A stretch of 64,000 nucleotides of DNA from NCBI GenBank assembly GCA_036172245.1, contig JAYWIR010000053.1, positions 868,001 to 932,000 on the forward strand. The letters run 5' to 3'. The notes below the pieces were generated by a model. The model ran no database searches. It was not told where the DNA came from and worked only from the letters and a program-made list of their open reading frames with translations. The translations under genes were made by a program, and so were the position numbers. Positions 1 to 13,000 of the stretch are shown one piece after another (the first letter of the stretch is position 1; each line of letters begins with the position of its first letter). The DNA is from Raillietiella orientalis. Lineage: Eukaryota.

Positions 1-44
1 TGTTTATTTGTTTAAATAAACGTCCCGGCGTGACCAGATCATAA

Positions 45-200
45 ACCTAACTCGAAGGATCACACGTACCCTTGGATGATGTGGACAACCTCAAGGAGCT
101 CTCCCCCTAAGAAGACTAACGGTTCCTGAGCACTCTTTGGGAACCAAACAAAAAAGATCTGGAAGGAAAGCAGCCAAACAGAAGAACCCAAAGGGATTTT
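45..200 (+). mobile_element. SINE-like tail fragment
   Basis: ccctaagaagactaacggttcctgagcactctttgggaaccaaacaaaaagatctggaaggaaagcag matches 8320-8410. Confidence 0.65.
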
Positions 201-289
201 CCACGATCGTAGGTCAATGGCAACGTTGAGTCGCTCCATGAGTCGCTACTGACCCTTTTTGTAAAAAAAAAAAAAAAACTTTGAAGCGG

Positions 290-1170
290 AGTGTGGATTT
301 CCTGATCTTCCTCTTGGGGGGCGAGATGTCAACATAGGAAGGCTGTTGCCGGAGACGTTCCCAAAACCACGCCCAGCTCGAATTGCAGTGCAAGAGGATG
401 AACTTTGGAAGAAGGGAGGGAGCGAAATCACTGAAGCCCAGCAACCGCTTTTCCTGCAGCTGCAGCAACATTTTCAATTTATTAGGCTACGAAACCCTGG
501 AAAGGAAATTCCATAGCAGAGGGAAACGAAGTCGCCTGTTTTTCCGGCTCCATTTTCTTGATCATCCCAAGCATTTTTTTTATTCTTTGTGGATCACTCG
601 TCGCTTCCAGCAGTTTCAGGGAAACCGAGCGCGCCCGATGGGGAAACGGCGGTGCCTTCCCGCAATTTGCTATCACATATTGCCTACGTAATATGAAAAT
701 AACCGATTGCCAGGAAGACCGCAACCCGTCCTCCTGACCACCTCCCGTGAATCCAGAGGAGCCACCGCTTCTCCTTGTGTCGCATAATCAGTTTATCGAT
801 TCCTGTTTTCTTTCGCTGCACGGCATAGTTTCCGGGCGAATCCGCGTGCACGCCGTCGATCTTCGGATCCCGTCTGGAGTGGTTCCGGCTGTGGGTCGGG
901 ATCGCTCTCGGTCGCGCCTGTGCATCGGACCAGCATTTCTTCTGGTGGGTCTGCAGGTTCGCGCGCCTCCATCGCCTTTCTCGGGCTTCGGCGAGCAGGG
1001 TGTAACGCTTGGAGTGGCATGGCGCTTCCGTCGCAGCTGCTCGACGCTCGGAGGGTCTCCCCAAAGAGCCCCCAAGCGATGTTTTCCGCGGCCCAGAGCG
1101 CTCCGTTCCTGAAACTCAGCCCTGAGGCACCCTGCGATGCGAAGTGCTTCCCTCAGAACCCATCGCCCGA
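290..1170 (-). mobile_element. Decayed L1 ORF2 remnant (EN-RT linker)
   Basis: QRKKTGIDKLI..KRW and DPQRIKKML..KMEPEK..MEF resemble L1 linker motifs. Confidence 0.4.
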
Positions 1171-1184
1171 CTCCGAGCAAGACA

Positions 1185-1890
1185 GAGAGGGCTGCGCTGG
1201 CGACCGCGCGTCTGCACCAGACGCTGTGGGTTCGAATTTCGACCGGTGAAAGGCTGACTCCGAGAGATGGGGATGCATCGCTGTTTCGCGTCCTTCTTCC
1301 CCCACAGGATGGCTCTGGCAGCTGACGTGTTTAGGTGCGGCACTGGTTGAAATTGGACTTTACTGACCCTTGATGGAAAGTGACCCTGATGGTCGTGACT
1401 CGAAACTAACTTTCCGGGGTCCCTCCAGGAACCAAGGAGCTTCGAGTAGACTTCCAGTTGTAAAAATGGAGCCTACTTCGAGTAACAGTCGATGCCTCCC
1501 CAGAGTTCAAGAAGGCACGCTGCTCCCTTCGGGGCTATCTTCGGAGGGGGAAACCAGGAGCAGATTCTTTCCGGGGGATCTTTTCGGAGAATAAACAAGG
1601 AGCGACTTCCTCCTGGAGACCCCTCCAGAGAGAATGACAAAGAGGTCATCTCCGGGGTTCCCTTCGGAGGCAACATGGGTGAAGGGTTCCCGTCGGAGTC
1701 CCCTCCCAATGGTAAGAAAGGAACGGACTCCACTCCTTCCTCCGGAGCCTTCCTGGATTCGTAGGGTGGTCCCTCCGGGGTAATCCTCTATAAATTAAAC
1801 AGTTACACGGACCCTCTGGTGTCGTGGACAGTTTGTTGAAGACCTTTGTGACCCCTCTAAGGAGGCGAAAGGTTCTTCAGCACTTAGCGA
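1185..1890 (+). mobile_element. tRNA-derived SINE-like element, near full length
   Basis: B-box-like GGGTTCGAATTTC at ~1228; shared core tccggggtccctccaggaa; about five ~40-bp units; tail ccctctaaggaggcgaaaggttcttcagcact. Confidence 0.8.
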
Positions 1891-1899
1891 GAAAATAGA

Positions 1900-4500
1900 A
1901 GGTCCCTTACGAACGCATAAGTCATGAACGCATCGGTGCCCCCAGCAACCGCTAGGAATACTTCAAATGGGGCCTATCACGAGTAAGTGCCTTGTATCGG
2001 TTCGTGAAGGGGAAGCAGCGGTATGAATTACGGGAGTCATCCATCTGGGCGAACGCTCCCGTTATGGGCTCGTTACGCTTAGCACTAGGATTAAGTCATG
2101 GGTACATTCTCCAAGGATTCATTACTTCGGCGCAGACTAAGAACTTTCACATCTCATTAGGACTGCGGAGGTGTCAGAATCTGCTTTGAAGAATCGATCG
2201 GGGGCGACCCCGGTGCACGCTTTTGCGGAGACACCTTTGGGAACCGGGGAAGGGGAAGTCCGTGAATGAAACGGGCCGCAATCCCTCATCGAGAGTGCCA
2301 CCATCTCGTCGGTCAGCCGCTCAGGAAACAGCAAACACAAGTGGTGGGTACGAGTCGTGACGGCGCGGAACCTTCATCGAAGGTGCTCTGGAGGATGTCT
2401 ACGCCATTCTGTGGCTCTCCGGGCCAGGCATCCTTTCGTTTCAGCGCGCCATCCGTGCCGTATCGCTTCTTGGCTTTGAATCTCTTTCCTTCGTTTTTCA
2501 GACCGCCGGTGAGGAACGCTGGATCGAGAGGACGATCTTCTAGTGCTGTCACGCTCCGGGATGTGCAGCTGGTCAAGCAAGAACCTCCTTCCTTCCGCGT
2601 CGGAGACGGTGCACTGTCGTGTGAGAACGGAACCGCATCGTTCTCAAGCTCGTGGTCTCGTTGGGATGGTGGAAGCTGCCGAGAACGCGGAATGATTTTT
2701 CTTCATCGGTGTTCTTCATCCGCGTTCCACTGCCTCCAGCCCCATGAAATCATCTTCCAAGAGGGGGTTCCGGCTCTCAATTCTCACCGTGCAAGGTCCT
2801 CTGCCTCCTCAAATTGAAAGAAAATCAAGACGGGAAATGAAAAGGAACCAAGTTCTGCAGGAACACGCTGCAGTGGGCAGAGCCATCCGCAAGGAAGACC
2901 CCTATCAAGCCAGTAGTAAAGTTCCGGAAGGCGTGAGGAGCTTAGGAGACCTTGGGCTGAAAACTTCGCCGCTCGCCTCTAATTGCGGGAAGACGCCGGT
3001 GGACGCAAACAGGTCGAAGGAACGGACTCTTTTGGAAGTCGAAACAGATGAGGACAGCGATCCCCATTCCTCCACTTTCAATGAAGCGACGGAACAGGAC
3101 GGCTCCACATGGTCCGATCCCGAAACATCAGGGGGATCGCAAGCAACAGCATGAGGATTGGGAACATTTCGTGCCGAAAGATTACAAGCAGGACGCGGAC
3201 AATGGCACGCTGATTATCTGAGGGAGAATGGCTGTTAATGAAAGAATGGCTGTCCCCGAAGAGCAAAGAACAGTCCCGCGTCAACTGCAGGTTCGAGTGG
3301 AAATTCCAGTTCTTTAAATGAGCAATTGTTTAGCACTTTGGAAACCGAAGAATTGTCGATGTCCATGAATCTCATGAATCCTCTGAGAGCAGCGAATGAT
3401 TGATGGAAGAGAACAATGGATCCTTTCTGGCCGAGAACAAACAAATGCATTTCGGAAGCCTCAATGGAAAGGTAGGCCTCTCACAAACGCATGTCCAGCG
3501 TCCTTGACGATATTTTGGGGAGGGAGTTAGAGGTCTGGTACCCTTTCGCTTCCGCTGGTCGTAAACCCTGACTGAGTTGCGAAGGCGAAAATTCGTTTCG
3601 TACTCCATGGGGACTGCAGGAACCCAGAGGAAACTTCCTTTTTATCTTGCACCGACGGCTTAGAACGAGCGCCATGTTCCCGAGAAAGATGCAGCAGGAC
3701 AAAACAGAATGGAGGACAAAGACACCGCTCCCGGGCCAACCCAAGATCTGCTGCAGCCACCAAAGCCTCTCCGCACACTGACCAAACGCTTGAAACCAAT
3801 TTGTGGGATTTCCTACTCCCATCTGTATCCCCTCGACTTTGCTCCGCGGCGAGACATAGGACGGTTCGAGGCAGGGCTGCTTCTTGTGGCTTCCAGCCTT
3901 CCTGGTCTGGTTGCAGCATGGGGCAAGCGTCAAAAGGTGGGCGAACTGATCGCTAGAAAGAAACCCACATCTAGGAAAACTGCACTTTGCTCGAACTGAA
4001 AAGCTTCAAGTCGAGGTCATCAAACATAGAAATGGCGGCTAACCATGAAGTTTCATGGTCCTCGACGAAAGGACACCTCTGTCATGTCATCCCCGGCATC
4101 AAAGCCGTCGGATACATAGGATTTCTTCAATCTGAATTTGAAATCCTTCCATTCCAAGCCTGTGAAGGAGAGAAAACGTTGATAAGCTCTCAGTGGAGCC
4201 TGGACGTTTATTTATAGATAAATAAACATACGGTGACCTTATGATTCAGTGGGGTAAAGAGTGTTTGTTGTGTTACCGGGTATATCGTCTGATGATGGCC
4301 TCCAGCTCCTCGTGATCTCTAGGTGTTTCCATCTTCGAACTGTACACAGCACTCCCTATGATTCCGGAGAACATCTTTTTGGGTCCTTTGGGGTTCTAGG
4401 GAGTGCCTAAAGTGCTTCCTCGGTCACCGTGCCAAGCGCATGACAGCAACGTACGTTGCTTTGGTTGACCCGACTATACTGAACAGCTCCTTTAAAGGGA
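1900..4500 (+). mobile_element. Decayed L1 (ORF1, EN, RT remnants)
   Basis: WVRV and FCGSPG (ORF1-like); MRIGNISCR at 3151 (EN start); LTKRLKPI..FAPRRDI at ~3780 (RT domain 2). Confidence 0.55.
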
Positions 4501-4519
4501 TTGCCACCAGATCTTGGCG

Positions 4520-5300
4520 GAGCGTTTATTGTACCGAATGCTAACAAAAAAAAAAAAAAAACAGTCATCTTTGGCACACGAATGTCTTCTTTTTTGGTGG
4601 TTTCACAGCATCACTACGAATGGAAGTGCCGCCTAACAAGAGCTGCTATAAGAGCAGCTCTTGTTAGGGACCCCTCCTCCGATGAGATCCGCACAGGAAA
4701 GTTTGGGAAAGGGCAAAAAACACGAAATTACTGCCAATGAAATGTGTTGAGGAAGGAAAAGAATAAATTGTAGGTTTCTTTCTGGCGTCCCCAACATATC
4801 CTGGAGGATGTTTGCAGCTTCCTCGTTTTGCTGGCAGAAAAGTGGCCATCTTGTCGCCTTCCTCAGGAAGGAGCGAACGATTGCGATGATGACACCATTC
4901 GACTGACCTCTTTCGGCGTGGCCTTTTGCTGCCGTAACCCTACGGAGGCAGCACGGAACTGCAAGGGACGCTGCAGGCGACGTCGAGTCGCGAGCGAAGA
5001 GATGCCGCAAGACTTCTCTGCTGTTGTCCGTCGGGAGCAGCAGGGCCACAACGAAGCGTTCCGGGACACGCAGGAGGGCAACATAGCCCGACAAGAAGTT
5101 TGGGAAGGTTTTCCGTTACGCGCACCTGGCACATTCTGGAGCTGCATTGCCCCTCGTCCAGAGATGGACTCGTGCTTTGAGATCGCCCAGCGCAGCAGCT
5201 GCAATGCAGAGTCCTCTCACTTCAGGGGAAGCGTGGAGCAGTCCACAAGCACTGGGGGAGTATGTAGCTCTATTCGGGGAATGACGAGAAGCTCCTCCAA
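4520..5300 (-). mobile_element. LINE 3' fragment, lineage B derivative, with a ~130-bp insertion at ~4653-4785
   Basis: Reverse-complement match to 19750-20380 including the gcgtttattgta end. Confidence 0.85.
4632..4668. repeat. Perfect inverted repeat, 16-bp arms, 5-nt loop
   Basis: cctaacaagagctgct-ataag-agcagctcttgttagg. Confidence 0.97.
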
Positions 5301-5789
5301 AAGAATTCTTTTTGTGGAGAATCAACCTGTTGGCGCATGTATCTTGGAAGGGACAGGTTATGCCTCGCTCGGCACTCTCCCTACTGGCATTTCACGAAAA
5401 GGCTCGGGAACGTTTGCTTTACCGCATCTCTTGCTGTGGGAGTCCATTTTTTCTATAGATGCGTGGGTGAGAAGATGGTTTCAGGCAACACCCAGTGTAC
5501 TTTTGAAACCCAAAGGTGCGGGACTTTCATGGGAATCCAAGAAAATGGGCGGGAATTCCACCGAGCTTTCGAGTTCTAGGTTGGTCGCCCAGCGTCCCAA
5601 TACTTTGACCTTGGTCACACCTTCCGCAGCAAAACTGCTGCCTCATTGAGTTGGGTTCCTCCTTCCCGTCCGCGGCCAAACTGGGAGGGTTATTAATTGT
5701 CCGGTTTGTCCCTGAGGCAATGCAACATCCCAGAATGCTGAGTTCCTGCCGCTCTGGCCCCGGTTTTCGCGAGTGTCTTTGTCTCCCCA

Positions 5790-6575
5790 GGGTTCTCATT
5801 TTCGATCTTCCGAAGACGTGGTGCTTTCTGAGCTGCTTCTCTGGTCATTTGGTTCGCTGGGTATGAAGATCCGTTCGCCTAAGGGCTCACGGAACTCTTC
5901 AATACTGTTCACTCCATCTGAGGGTGCGAGGGTAGTTAGTGAGTACCGGGGAGGAAATCCATAGTTCCTGGAGGCTCCAGTGGAAGAAGTCCGTCCCTCT
6001 TATGCTTGGGAGGGAAGTCTCGAATAGAACCCGCGGCCTGGTTGTCGCCGAGGGGAACCCGGAAGGGAGCTTTCTTCTTATTCTCTCTCTAAAGGGACCC
6101 TTGGAAGGGGTTACTTCTCGTTTCTTCTTAGAAGGGAACTCGGAAAGGATCTGGAATTTCTTCTCTGGTTAACATTTTCAAGGGAACCGCTCCTTGTTTT
6201 TTTCTCTGAAGGGCGCTCCCGGAAGGAGCAGCGAACTTCTGACACTCTGGAAAGGTATCCCCCGAGGAAGACATCAACCAGCTCTGTGGTATGACTTAAC
6301 AATCGGGAGAGAACCCGAAGGGTTCCTAGATTCCTGGAAGGACCCCGAATGGTACATTTCCAATCCTGCCCAGTCAAGAGAGGCATCCTTGTCAGGATGC
6401 TCTCATCAGTGCCGTAGACCAAGCAGCGTCATATTGTGGCTAAAATTCGAAATCCAAGATGCACCCTTCCTTCCTCGGCATCGACACTTCCAGGGGCTGG
6501 ATTCGAACCCGCCACTCTCGGTACCACGCTCAGTGGCCGCAGCCTCACGGCCGCCAACGCAAACCAACTCTGGCC
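5790..6575 (-). mobile_element. tRNA-derived SINE-like element
   Basis: Minus-strand GGGTTCGAATCC at ~6499-6510, shared core, unit array and tail. Confidence 0.8.
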
Positions 6576-6599
6576 GTTTGTATCTAGAGGTCCGCTGCT

Positions 6600-7730
6600 G
6601 ACGTCTTCCGATAGCGATAATTGGCCGGATGACAGCTCTTCAGCTCCTGACGTCCACTGAGGACCTCATTCATTCTTTCGAGAGGAGCAATCCTCTTCTC
6701 CCCAAAGCGTCCTGGCGCAGCTGCGTAGATGACAAAGTCCTGCGTTCTACAGGCCTGCTGTCAAAAGCACCGAGTATGCGGAATGGACCGTCTTTTGTCC
6801 TCCAGCTTCGTCTTTCTGAGGGTGATCTGGATGCTAGAGATGATGCCAGGGGTGAGAACAGCCAGTCCTGCTCGAGAAGTGTGGATGATGGGCGAGAGGC
6901 GGCGCGATGGGTCCTCAGCTGCGAGGTCGAGGAATCTCTCCTTCCCTGATTATCGCGGAAGCCAAATTAATCGTTCCTCCTTAGCGATTCCAGGGCACCG
7001 GGCGAAGAACCACGAGCTGCGGCAGACCGACCGACCCGTTAGGGCCGGTCCCTGAGATACTGAGCGTGTCCTTCCGAGCGGTGGCTCCATACCGGCCCCT
7101 TGCACTGCGGTCTCCATGGCAATGCCGGGAGTGTCACTCAGGGGACGGTTCGGTGTCTCCACTCTGCAGCTGTCACGGGAAAGGAGGAGACTCTCCCGCG
7201 TGCGCATGCTGCTGGATCGCTCGGGAGCGCAGAGAGGGTGGTGCATGCCGTCTTTTCTCCCAACGACGGTCCGAAGGGCTTTCTTCTCCAGTTTTTCCGC
7301 AGCGATGGGTTTTCCACGGCGGCAGAGATGGTGTTGTAGACTGTCAAGGACATCGCTGGAACTCCGGCAGCTTCCACAGAAGTCCTCTCTTGTTGGATGA
7401 GCTGTTCGTTGGCCGGCACTAGACCAGGAGACATGGGACGGCGTCCATAGCTTTAGATCAGGATTTTCGATCCAGTCGGGCCTCCCCACACTCCGCCTTA
7501 CCGACAGAGAACTGATGGAAGTTTACAGTTATGAGTCCTGGAGCGAGGAGATTTGAAAACAGTCCCTCGAGAGGGAATAATCTGGTAGCAGGGAGGAAGA
7601 AGCCAATTCGATTTGAAGATTGGAAGAGGCGATCCTCCGCAATCAAATTGCCCCTCGTTATCGGCTCTTCCCGTTGGGCACTGCCCGCGGTCAACGTCCA
7701 AACCCACTGGAGTCTGAGTTCCCGTCAGAT
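6600..7730 (-). mobile_element. Decayed L1 RT/thumb remnant
   Basis: LIAEDRL, PGLITVNF, EKLEKKALR, PLCAPER in the expected order. Confidence 0.45.
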
Positions 7731-7734
7731 AAGC

Positions 7735-8420
7735 AGCCGACCTGCGGCGGCGGCGACCGTACAGCTGCGGCCTCCGTGCGCGGCATCAAGTGGCGCGTGT
7801 TCGAACCCCGCCCAGGGAAGAATCGACGCCGATTGAGCCGTGGGTGTCGAACTCCTGCCTCAGGATGGAGCTGGTTGGTCTGCGATCTTCGGGTGCGGCA
7901 CCGCTGGGAGCCTTATGCCCTCGCTGACTGACCGGTTCTGGAGCTTGGCCCTCCGGGATCATCCCAGGAATCCAGAAACCCACCAGGGATTCTCCTCCGG
8001 TTGTGAAAAGGGAGCCGTACCACGGAGCTGGTTGATGCCTTCCTCACGGGTTGCCTCTCCGGAGTCTCAAGAAGGCTCGCTGCTTCCTCCAGGGAACAAC
8101 CTTCAGCAAAATTTGGACGCATCCCTTCGGGGTTCTCTTTGGAGGGGAAACCATCACACATCATCCTTTCCGGGGGCTCCCTCCAGAGAGAATAATGGAG
8201 CGGACTCCTTCCTCCGGAGCCTTCCCGGATTCGGAGAATAGCCCCTCCGGGGTTACTCCCTATAGCTTAAAGGGTTACATGCACCCTTGACGTAGATAGT
8301 GTCAAAGAGCTCTCTAGGTTCTCTCTAAGAAGACGAACGGTTTTTCAACACTCCTTGAGAACCCCAAAAAACGAAAATCCGAATGTGGAGAAAGCTGGAA
8401 GGGAAGCAGGCAAACCGTTA
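7735..8420 (+). mobile_element. tRNA-derived SINE-like element
   Basis: GTGTTCGAACCCC at ~7797; core, about three units, tail with gaaccccaaaaaacgaaaatccgaa. Confidence 0.8.
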
Positions 8421-9029
8421 GAGTCGAAGCGAGCGGTGAAGGCCTTACCACGCCAGGAGGATGTCATCGCGCATGCAACACGTGTGTGGTCGGTCTGCCT
8501 CTAGAGCGAGCTGCTCGTCCTCTTTCAGAGCCGGCCATCGGAGCCGAAGGATCACGTGCGCCCCTGCTGGTCATCGGTTCATTCGCTTCTTGACAAGGAG
8601 ATCGACCCGAGTCAACAGATGCTGCGAATAGGGCAGTCGGAAGAACAGTCGGAAGAACCTGACTGTTTCCTCCCTGATCTTCAGCGCAGAACAGCTGGAC
8701 AAGGACCACGCAGTCTCGGATGACGTTTCGCATTTGGAGGTGTTGACCGACAGCTTAAGATCTTCGCGAAGAGCTTTCGAGGGAGGTGTTTTCAAACTTG
8801 ACGGAAAAGCACACCCACAGTGCAAGAGCGTATACGTGCATATTTAATATACAATGAATACATAAAAACATGTACGCATCTTCATGTTTCCGGTGAATTT
8901 TTCGGAAAAAAATCACCCGGTGCACGTTTCAGGAGAGGATTCTCAAATGCAACATATGACCTGTCCCTTTCTATATCATCTACCTGCTTTTTAAGTGTTT
9001 GCGGGTGTTATGAGGCAATTCATGAACTG

Positions 9030-10150
9030 GATATTAAGACTTTCATCCTCGAAAGAAAAAAACGGAAAAAAACCGCGGCTTCTCTCCCTGGACGTAAATC
9101 CAAGTCGCTACCTCGAAGATACCTCGAAGATTTGGCGCACATCCGCACATGGCGTCTTCGGAATGCCACTGTTCTTAAAGAAGATTCCTCTCCGAGAGAA
9201 TTTCACCTTCAACCGAAGTGAGAATCAGAGATTACGGTGAATTAGCCATCGCCGGATTTGAGCTGCTGAGTCAGCAGCTGGTCACCTTAAACTCTTTCGT
9301 GTCCTTAAAGCTTCTGCCCAATCCGGCTGCAATTTCCATCTGCCTTACACCTATCTTACACTTATCCCTTCAGGCGTTTCTCAAATAATGTTCTCTGGTC
9401 TTAAAATCTTGTACTGGTCACACATCATCCTACTCAGCAGATTTTGCTTGTTTTATTCCGACCGGTTCCTGTTTTCGCAGGAACTGGTTTGAATTCTTTC
9501 ATGAGGTTTCTTCACTAACATGATTACTGGCCCCTGTCTTTGGAAACGCCGCCACCTGTGGATTCCTTTGGTGCGAAAGCAGGTGCGGAGAATGGTTGGA
9601 CGTCTTCAGCTGCAGCCAGAGTGCTGCTCTGCAAGCTCACTCAGAATCAAACGTGGGGATGCTCAGTGCTGACCGTAGAATTGGTCTCTCCCGCAACTTA
9701 TCCGAAGACCATATAGCGAGCACTCAATAGACTGTCATAGCAGCTGAAAGGAAGATAATCTGTTGGAATGGATGCATTTTTCTATGACGAATACAGATTC
9801 TCCAAAGCATCCGCTCGATGGACTCCTATCCCTTGAAGGACAGGAATTGCATGCTGTATGAGCAGAGGGTTTCCCTTGAATCCTAGGATGACGGTTGAGC
9901 TGGATCGAAAAAGACGAGGACTCCTGGGTTCGTAACAAATGAAAGTCAAGTGGCGGGCGGAACATGAATCCTAAGGACGATGTGTCAGTCTCAGTGGAAG
10001 CAGAGGGAAACAGAATGTGCACGATGACGCGGAAGCCTGACGGCAGCACAGCGGGCTCCACGTCTCCGCTGGCTGCCGGCTGAAACGCAACTCTGCCACT
10101 GACGTCACGGGTGAGCAGGTTTGCCGCAAAATCAGTGCCGAACGATATCC
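9030..10150 (+). mobile_element. Decayed L1 3' end (zf-RVT followed by RNase H-like remnant)
   Basis: KIWRTSAH..KKIPLRENF..ES..GHL; then SLEGQELHAV*AEGF..WIEKDEDSWV at 9811-9925. Confidence 0.45.
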
Positions 10151-10935
10151 TTGGAGAGAAATTCGTTGACCGTTGAAAAAGATAGAAGAACCGATGCAGG
10201 GATGCATTGAAAGGAGCCGCGCGGTTTGTTTCGAACTCAGTTACACTGGAACGTTGCTTCAAATCAAAGAGATGCCCTGGAGGCACAAGCCTTAAAACAA
10301 TGCTGTGCAGGTCGATAGCCAGCAGGAAGATGTGTTCAGTAAGAAGGGTTTTGGAGTCAATGGGGATCAGTGAATGAGTATAGGCACGGTTTAAGTGAAC
10401 GAGAGATCGAGCGCCTAGCTTCTCCCGAAAACAGAGGAGGTGGGGTCACCGGATGACCGACCCATGCCTTTCTTGAGGATCGCCTGCTATGCAGGCAGCG
10501 TTCTATCTAATTTGCAGACGGATATGCGGTCATTCTGCCATTGTTCTTATCCTGGAAGAGGAATGAGATGGACTTCTGTCCTCCGGTGTGGCTGCTTGTG
10601 AGACCTCCTCCGCTTGTGAGACCCGCTGCTCGGGTGCGACGTAGTATCTCCGGCGGCCCAAGTGGTCGAGAACCCCTGCGGCGTGGAAGAAACGCCCCAG
10701 GAGCTGCTACAGAAGGGAGTCTCCCGGATGCAGCAGGGCCGCTGCCACTGGCCGCCACCCTTTGTGGAGGGACTCGCAGTCCAGAGGCAGGTGCAGAGAC
10801 GACTCCATTGCCCCGCGCGCCCTGGCACACTCCAGTGCTGTTGGCGTCGCTCACGAGAGACCCCAGCTCAGGAAGGGAGTCTTCGCATTCTGCCACTGGC
10901 AGGGGAGAACCGTCCAAGAGGATGGTGGACCCTAA

Positions 10936-11335
10936 TGCACCAAAGTGGATGTGGACGCTGTTTGTCCACCAGTGTAGAGAAGTGCATGGCAACACTCTGT
11001 CCACCGGTGCATTGATGAGAATGACAACACTGCCTGTTCACTGATTCAGCGAGTTGGATGTGGACAGTGTCTGTTCCCCAGTACATTGATCAGGATGAGG
11101 ACGCTGTCAGCCCATCAGATTATCGATGATGGTGTGAACACTGTCCGCACTGTAACGATGCGGGTGTCGGCAGTGTCTGCCATTGTGTCGAAATGGATAA
11201 CAACAATGACTGTTCACCAATGCATCGATGTAGATGTCGACACCAGCGCGACACAGTTGCATCGAGATGGATGTGGACAGTGTCTGTCCACTAGAGCATC
11301 GATGGAGATGTTGGAACTTCCTGCCCGCCAGTGCT
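10936..11335. repeat. Degenerate ~37-bp minisatellite, about 11 units
   Basis: Approximate consensus TGCATCGATGTGGATGTGGACACTGTCTGTCCACCAG; internal inverted repeat GTGGACAG-TGT-CTGTCCAC intact at 11273-11291. Confidence 0.85.
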
Positions 11336-11349
11336 CTGCCCGGTAGCAA

Positions 11350-13000
11350 ACGCTAGGTGTCGTGGCGTCCGAAAATTCCGGAGCCGCCCACGCGCACGTT
11401 GGTTTTGGTGACTCCCATCATGCGGCAGCCAACTTACTCCGTAGCCGACTGACTGGCGTCACCACGCTGCCATGGGTCGGGATCGCTGGGGCGAGGGGCA
11501 TGCCCACTTTTTCTTGTCCCGCGGTACCTCCTGCGGGATCACTGTCCCGAGGCGTTGGATGAGGTGGAGCAGTTCTGTGCTGGTCGGATAGCCAAGTGAC
11601 CGTGGATTCACAGCCTCCTGCCGTGGCTGCTGCAGGAGCCGTTCACATTGCATCCACAAATCCACTGCGACGAATGCCACTTTTAGGATGGAGCAGATGG
11701 ATTTGTGGATGCAGGGGCGGAACAGCTCACTGGCCGGCTCCGCGAGCTTGAAGAAAATCAATACCCTGAGACTTCGTGTCACTGAGATCAGGGTTGACTT
11801 TCCATGCCTCGTTTCCCTCGTCATCTGCGCATCACCCATCTTTCAGCTTTTCGAAATCATGGAAGAATGAAAGCGGCCTGCACCGGATGGTTCCTGACAT
11901 CTCCCGCACTTCGCCCTCAGGATCGCGCGTGAGTTTTCGCTGCTTCACCGAGATCTGTTTGCCTACACGCCGGCGTTTTGCCCACCCTCAAATCAAAAGC
12001 TCAAGTGCTCCTAAAAATCAAGGTCGTCGTAATTCATGCGGTGAAAGAAATGAGTGTGTCCGTTTACCAGCAAAGTTCCCTTCTTCTTCTCATGCTAAGA
12101 GAAGATTTGAAAAAGAAAAAAAAAAGGTCAAGTAGCACCAATGCAGCACCAAATGGACATTCCTGGAAAGAAGGGACCTTTGAGAGTGGGAAAAGCAAAT
12201 CTGTGGACGAAGATTTAGTAAGAGCGGTAATCTTAGGACCCCCCACAGAGTGCGTATTCGAAATTTTGGTACATAAACAGGTGAAGGGAGTGAAAGATTT
12301 CCACCGTCTTTGTAGTCTGTTTTCGCCAGCTCGCTCTCGTGAGGAGCGGAGACTTTTGACGGGACTGAGGGTTCTTCCGCCGTGGGTGGTGACCCACCCG
12401 ATGTCTCCGGCATACGCTTCGAAAGTACTGCATGTCCCAGAACACCGTTTTCTTCTCTTTCCCGATGTGCTCTCTGCGCGCCCCTTTGAAAATCCCCGGT
12501 GCCCTCGACACCACGCCGCTTCTCCGATCCGGAGACACCTCCGAGGCCAGGCAACAACTTCCGTCACGGCGTTGGGCCCTCCTCCGGCGGCTAAGCGGAG
12601 ACAGCCGGTGCTCGGTGCAGGACGTCCTTTTGCCGTGCTTCTTTTCGGAACTGAGCCAGACCGTTCCGGGAGAAGCATTCAGATGGGAGCCGGGTTCAGT
12701 GCTCCGAGGCAGAGCAGCGGTCGCCGCGCTGGGAGCCGCTTGCCTTCACAGGGTGGCCAGCGACGGCGCTGAAAGAAGCTTCGACTTTGAAACAGACTAG
12801 TTGGTGGTCACCAACTCCCAACGCCTCACGGAAGCTTCACGTGGGCTTCACCTGGGCCGCCGCGGACTGATCTCTCTTCCCTGCGATCATGGGCCGGTTG
12901 TTGAAGCAGCTGGTGAACTCGTGGCCAAGAGACTCGTGGCCTCGTTCCAGAGGCGGGTGAGCACAGTCCATGGTAATGGCCGAGGTAAAACCAGTAGCGA
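11350..13000 (-). mobile_element. Decayed L1 ORF2 remnant
   Basis: Weak EN-end, linker (YFRSVCRRHR) and RT domain 4-like (PRQEAVNP) text in order. Confidence 0.35.

Noticed and set aside
1383..1410. Hammerhead ribozyme or retrozyme core (CTGATG..CGAAAC; CTGATGA also at ~6403 minus and ~31907)
   Set aside because: Core and stems are not conserved across the SINE copies
4828..5649. Long ORFs as host genes (4828-5649, 11978-12772, 24764-25465, 27756-28451, 30510-31556, 43635-44312)
   Set aside because: They are antisense, off-frame or chimeric readings across repeat fragments, with no recognisable host domain
6490..6580. Functional tRNA gene (also 7740, 31730, 35050)
   Set aside because: No complete acceptor stem or cloverleaf; always attached to the same SINE body
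10936..11335. CRISPR-like array (37-bp palindromic repeats)
   Set aside because: Units are adjacent without unique spacers, are highly diverged, and there are no cas genes; the context is eukaryotic
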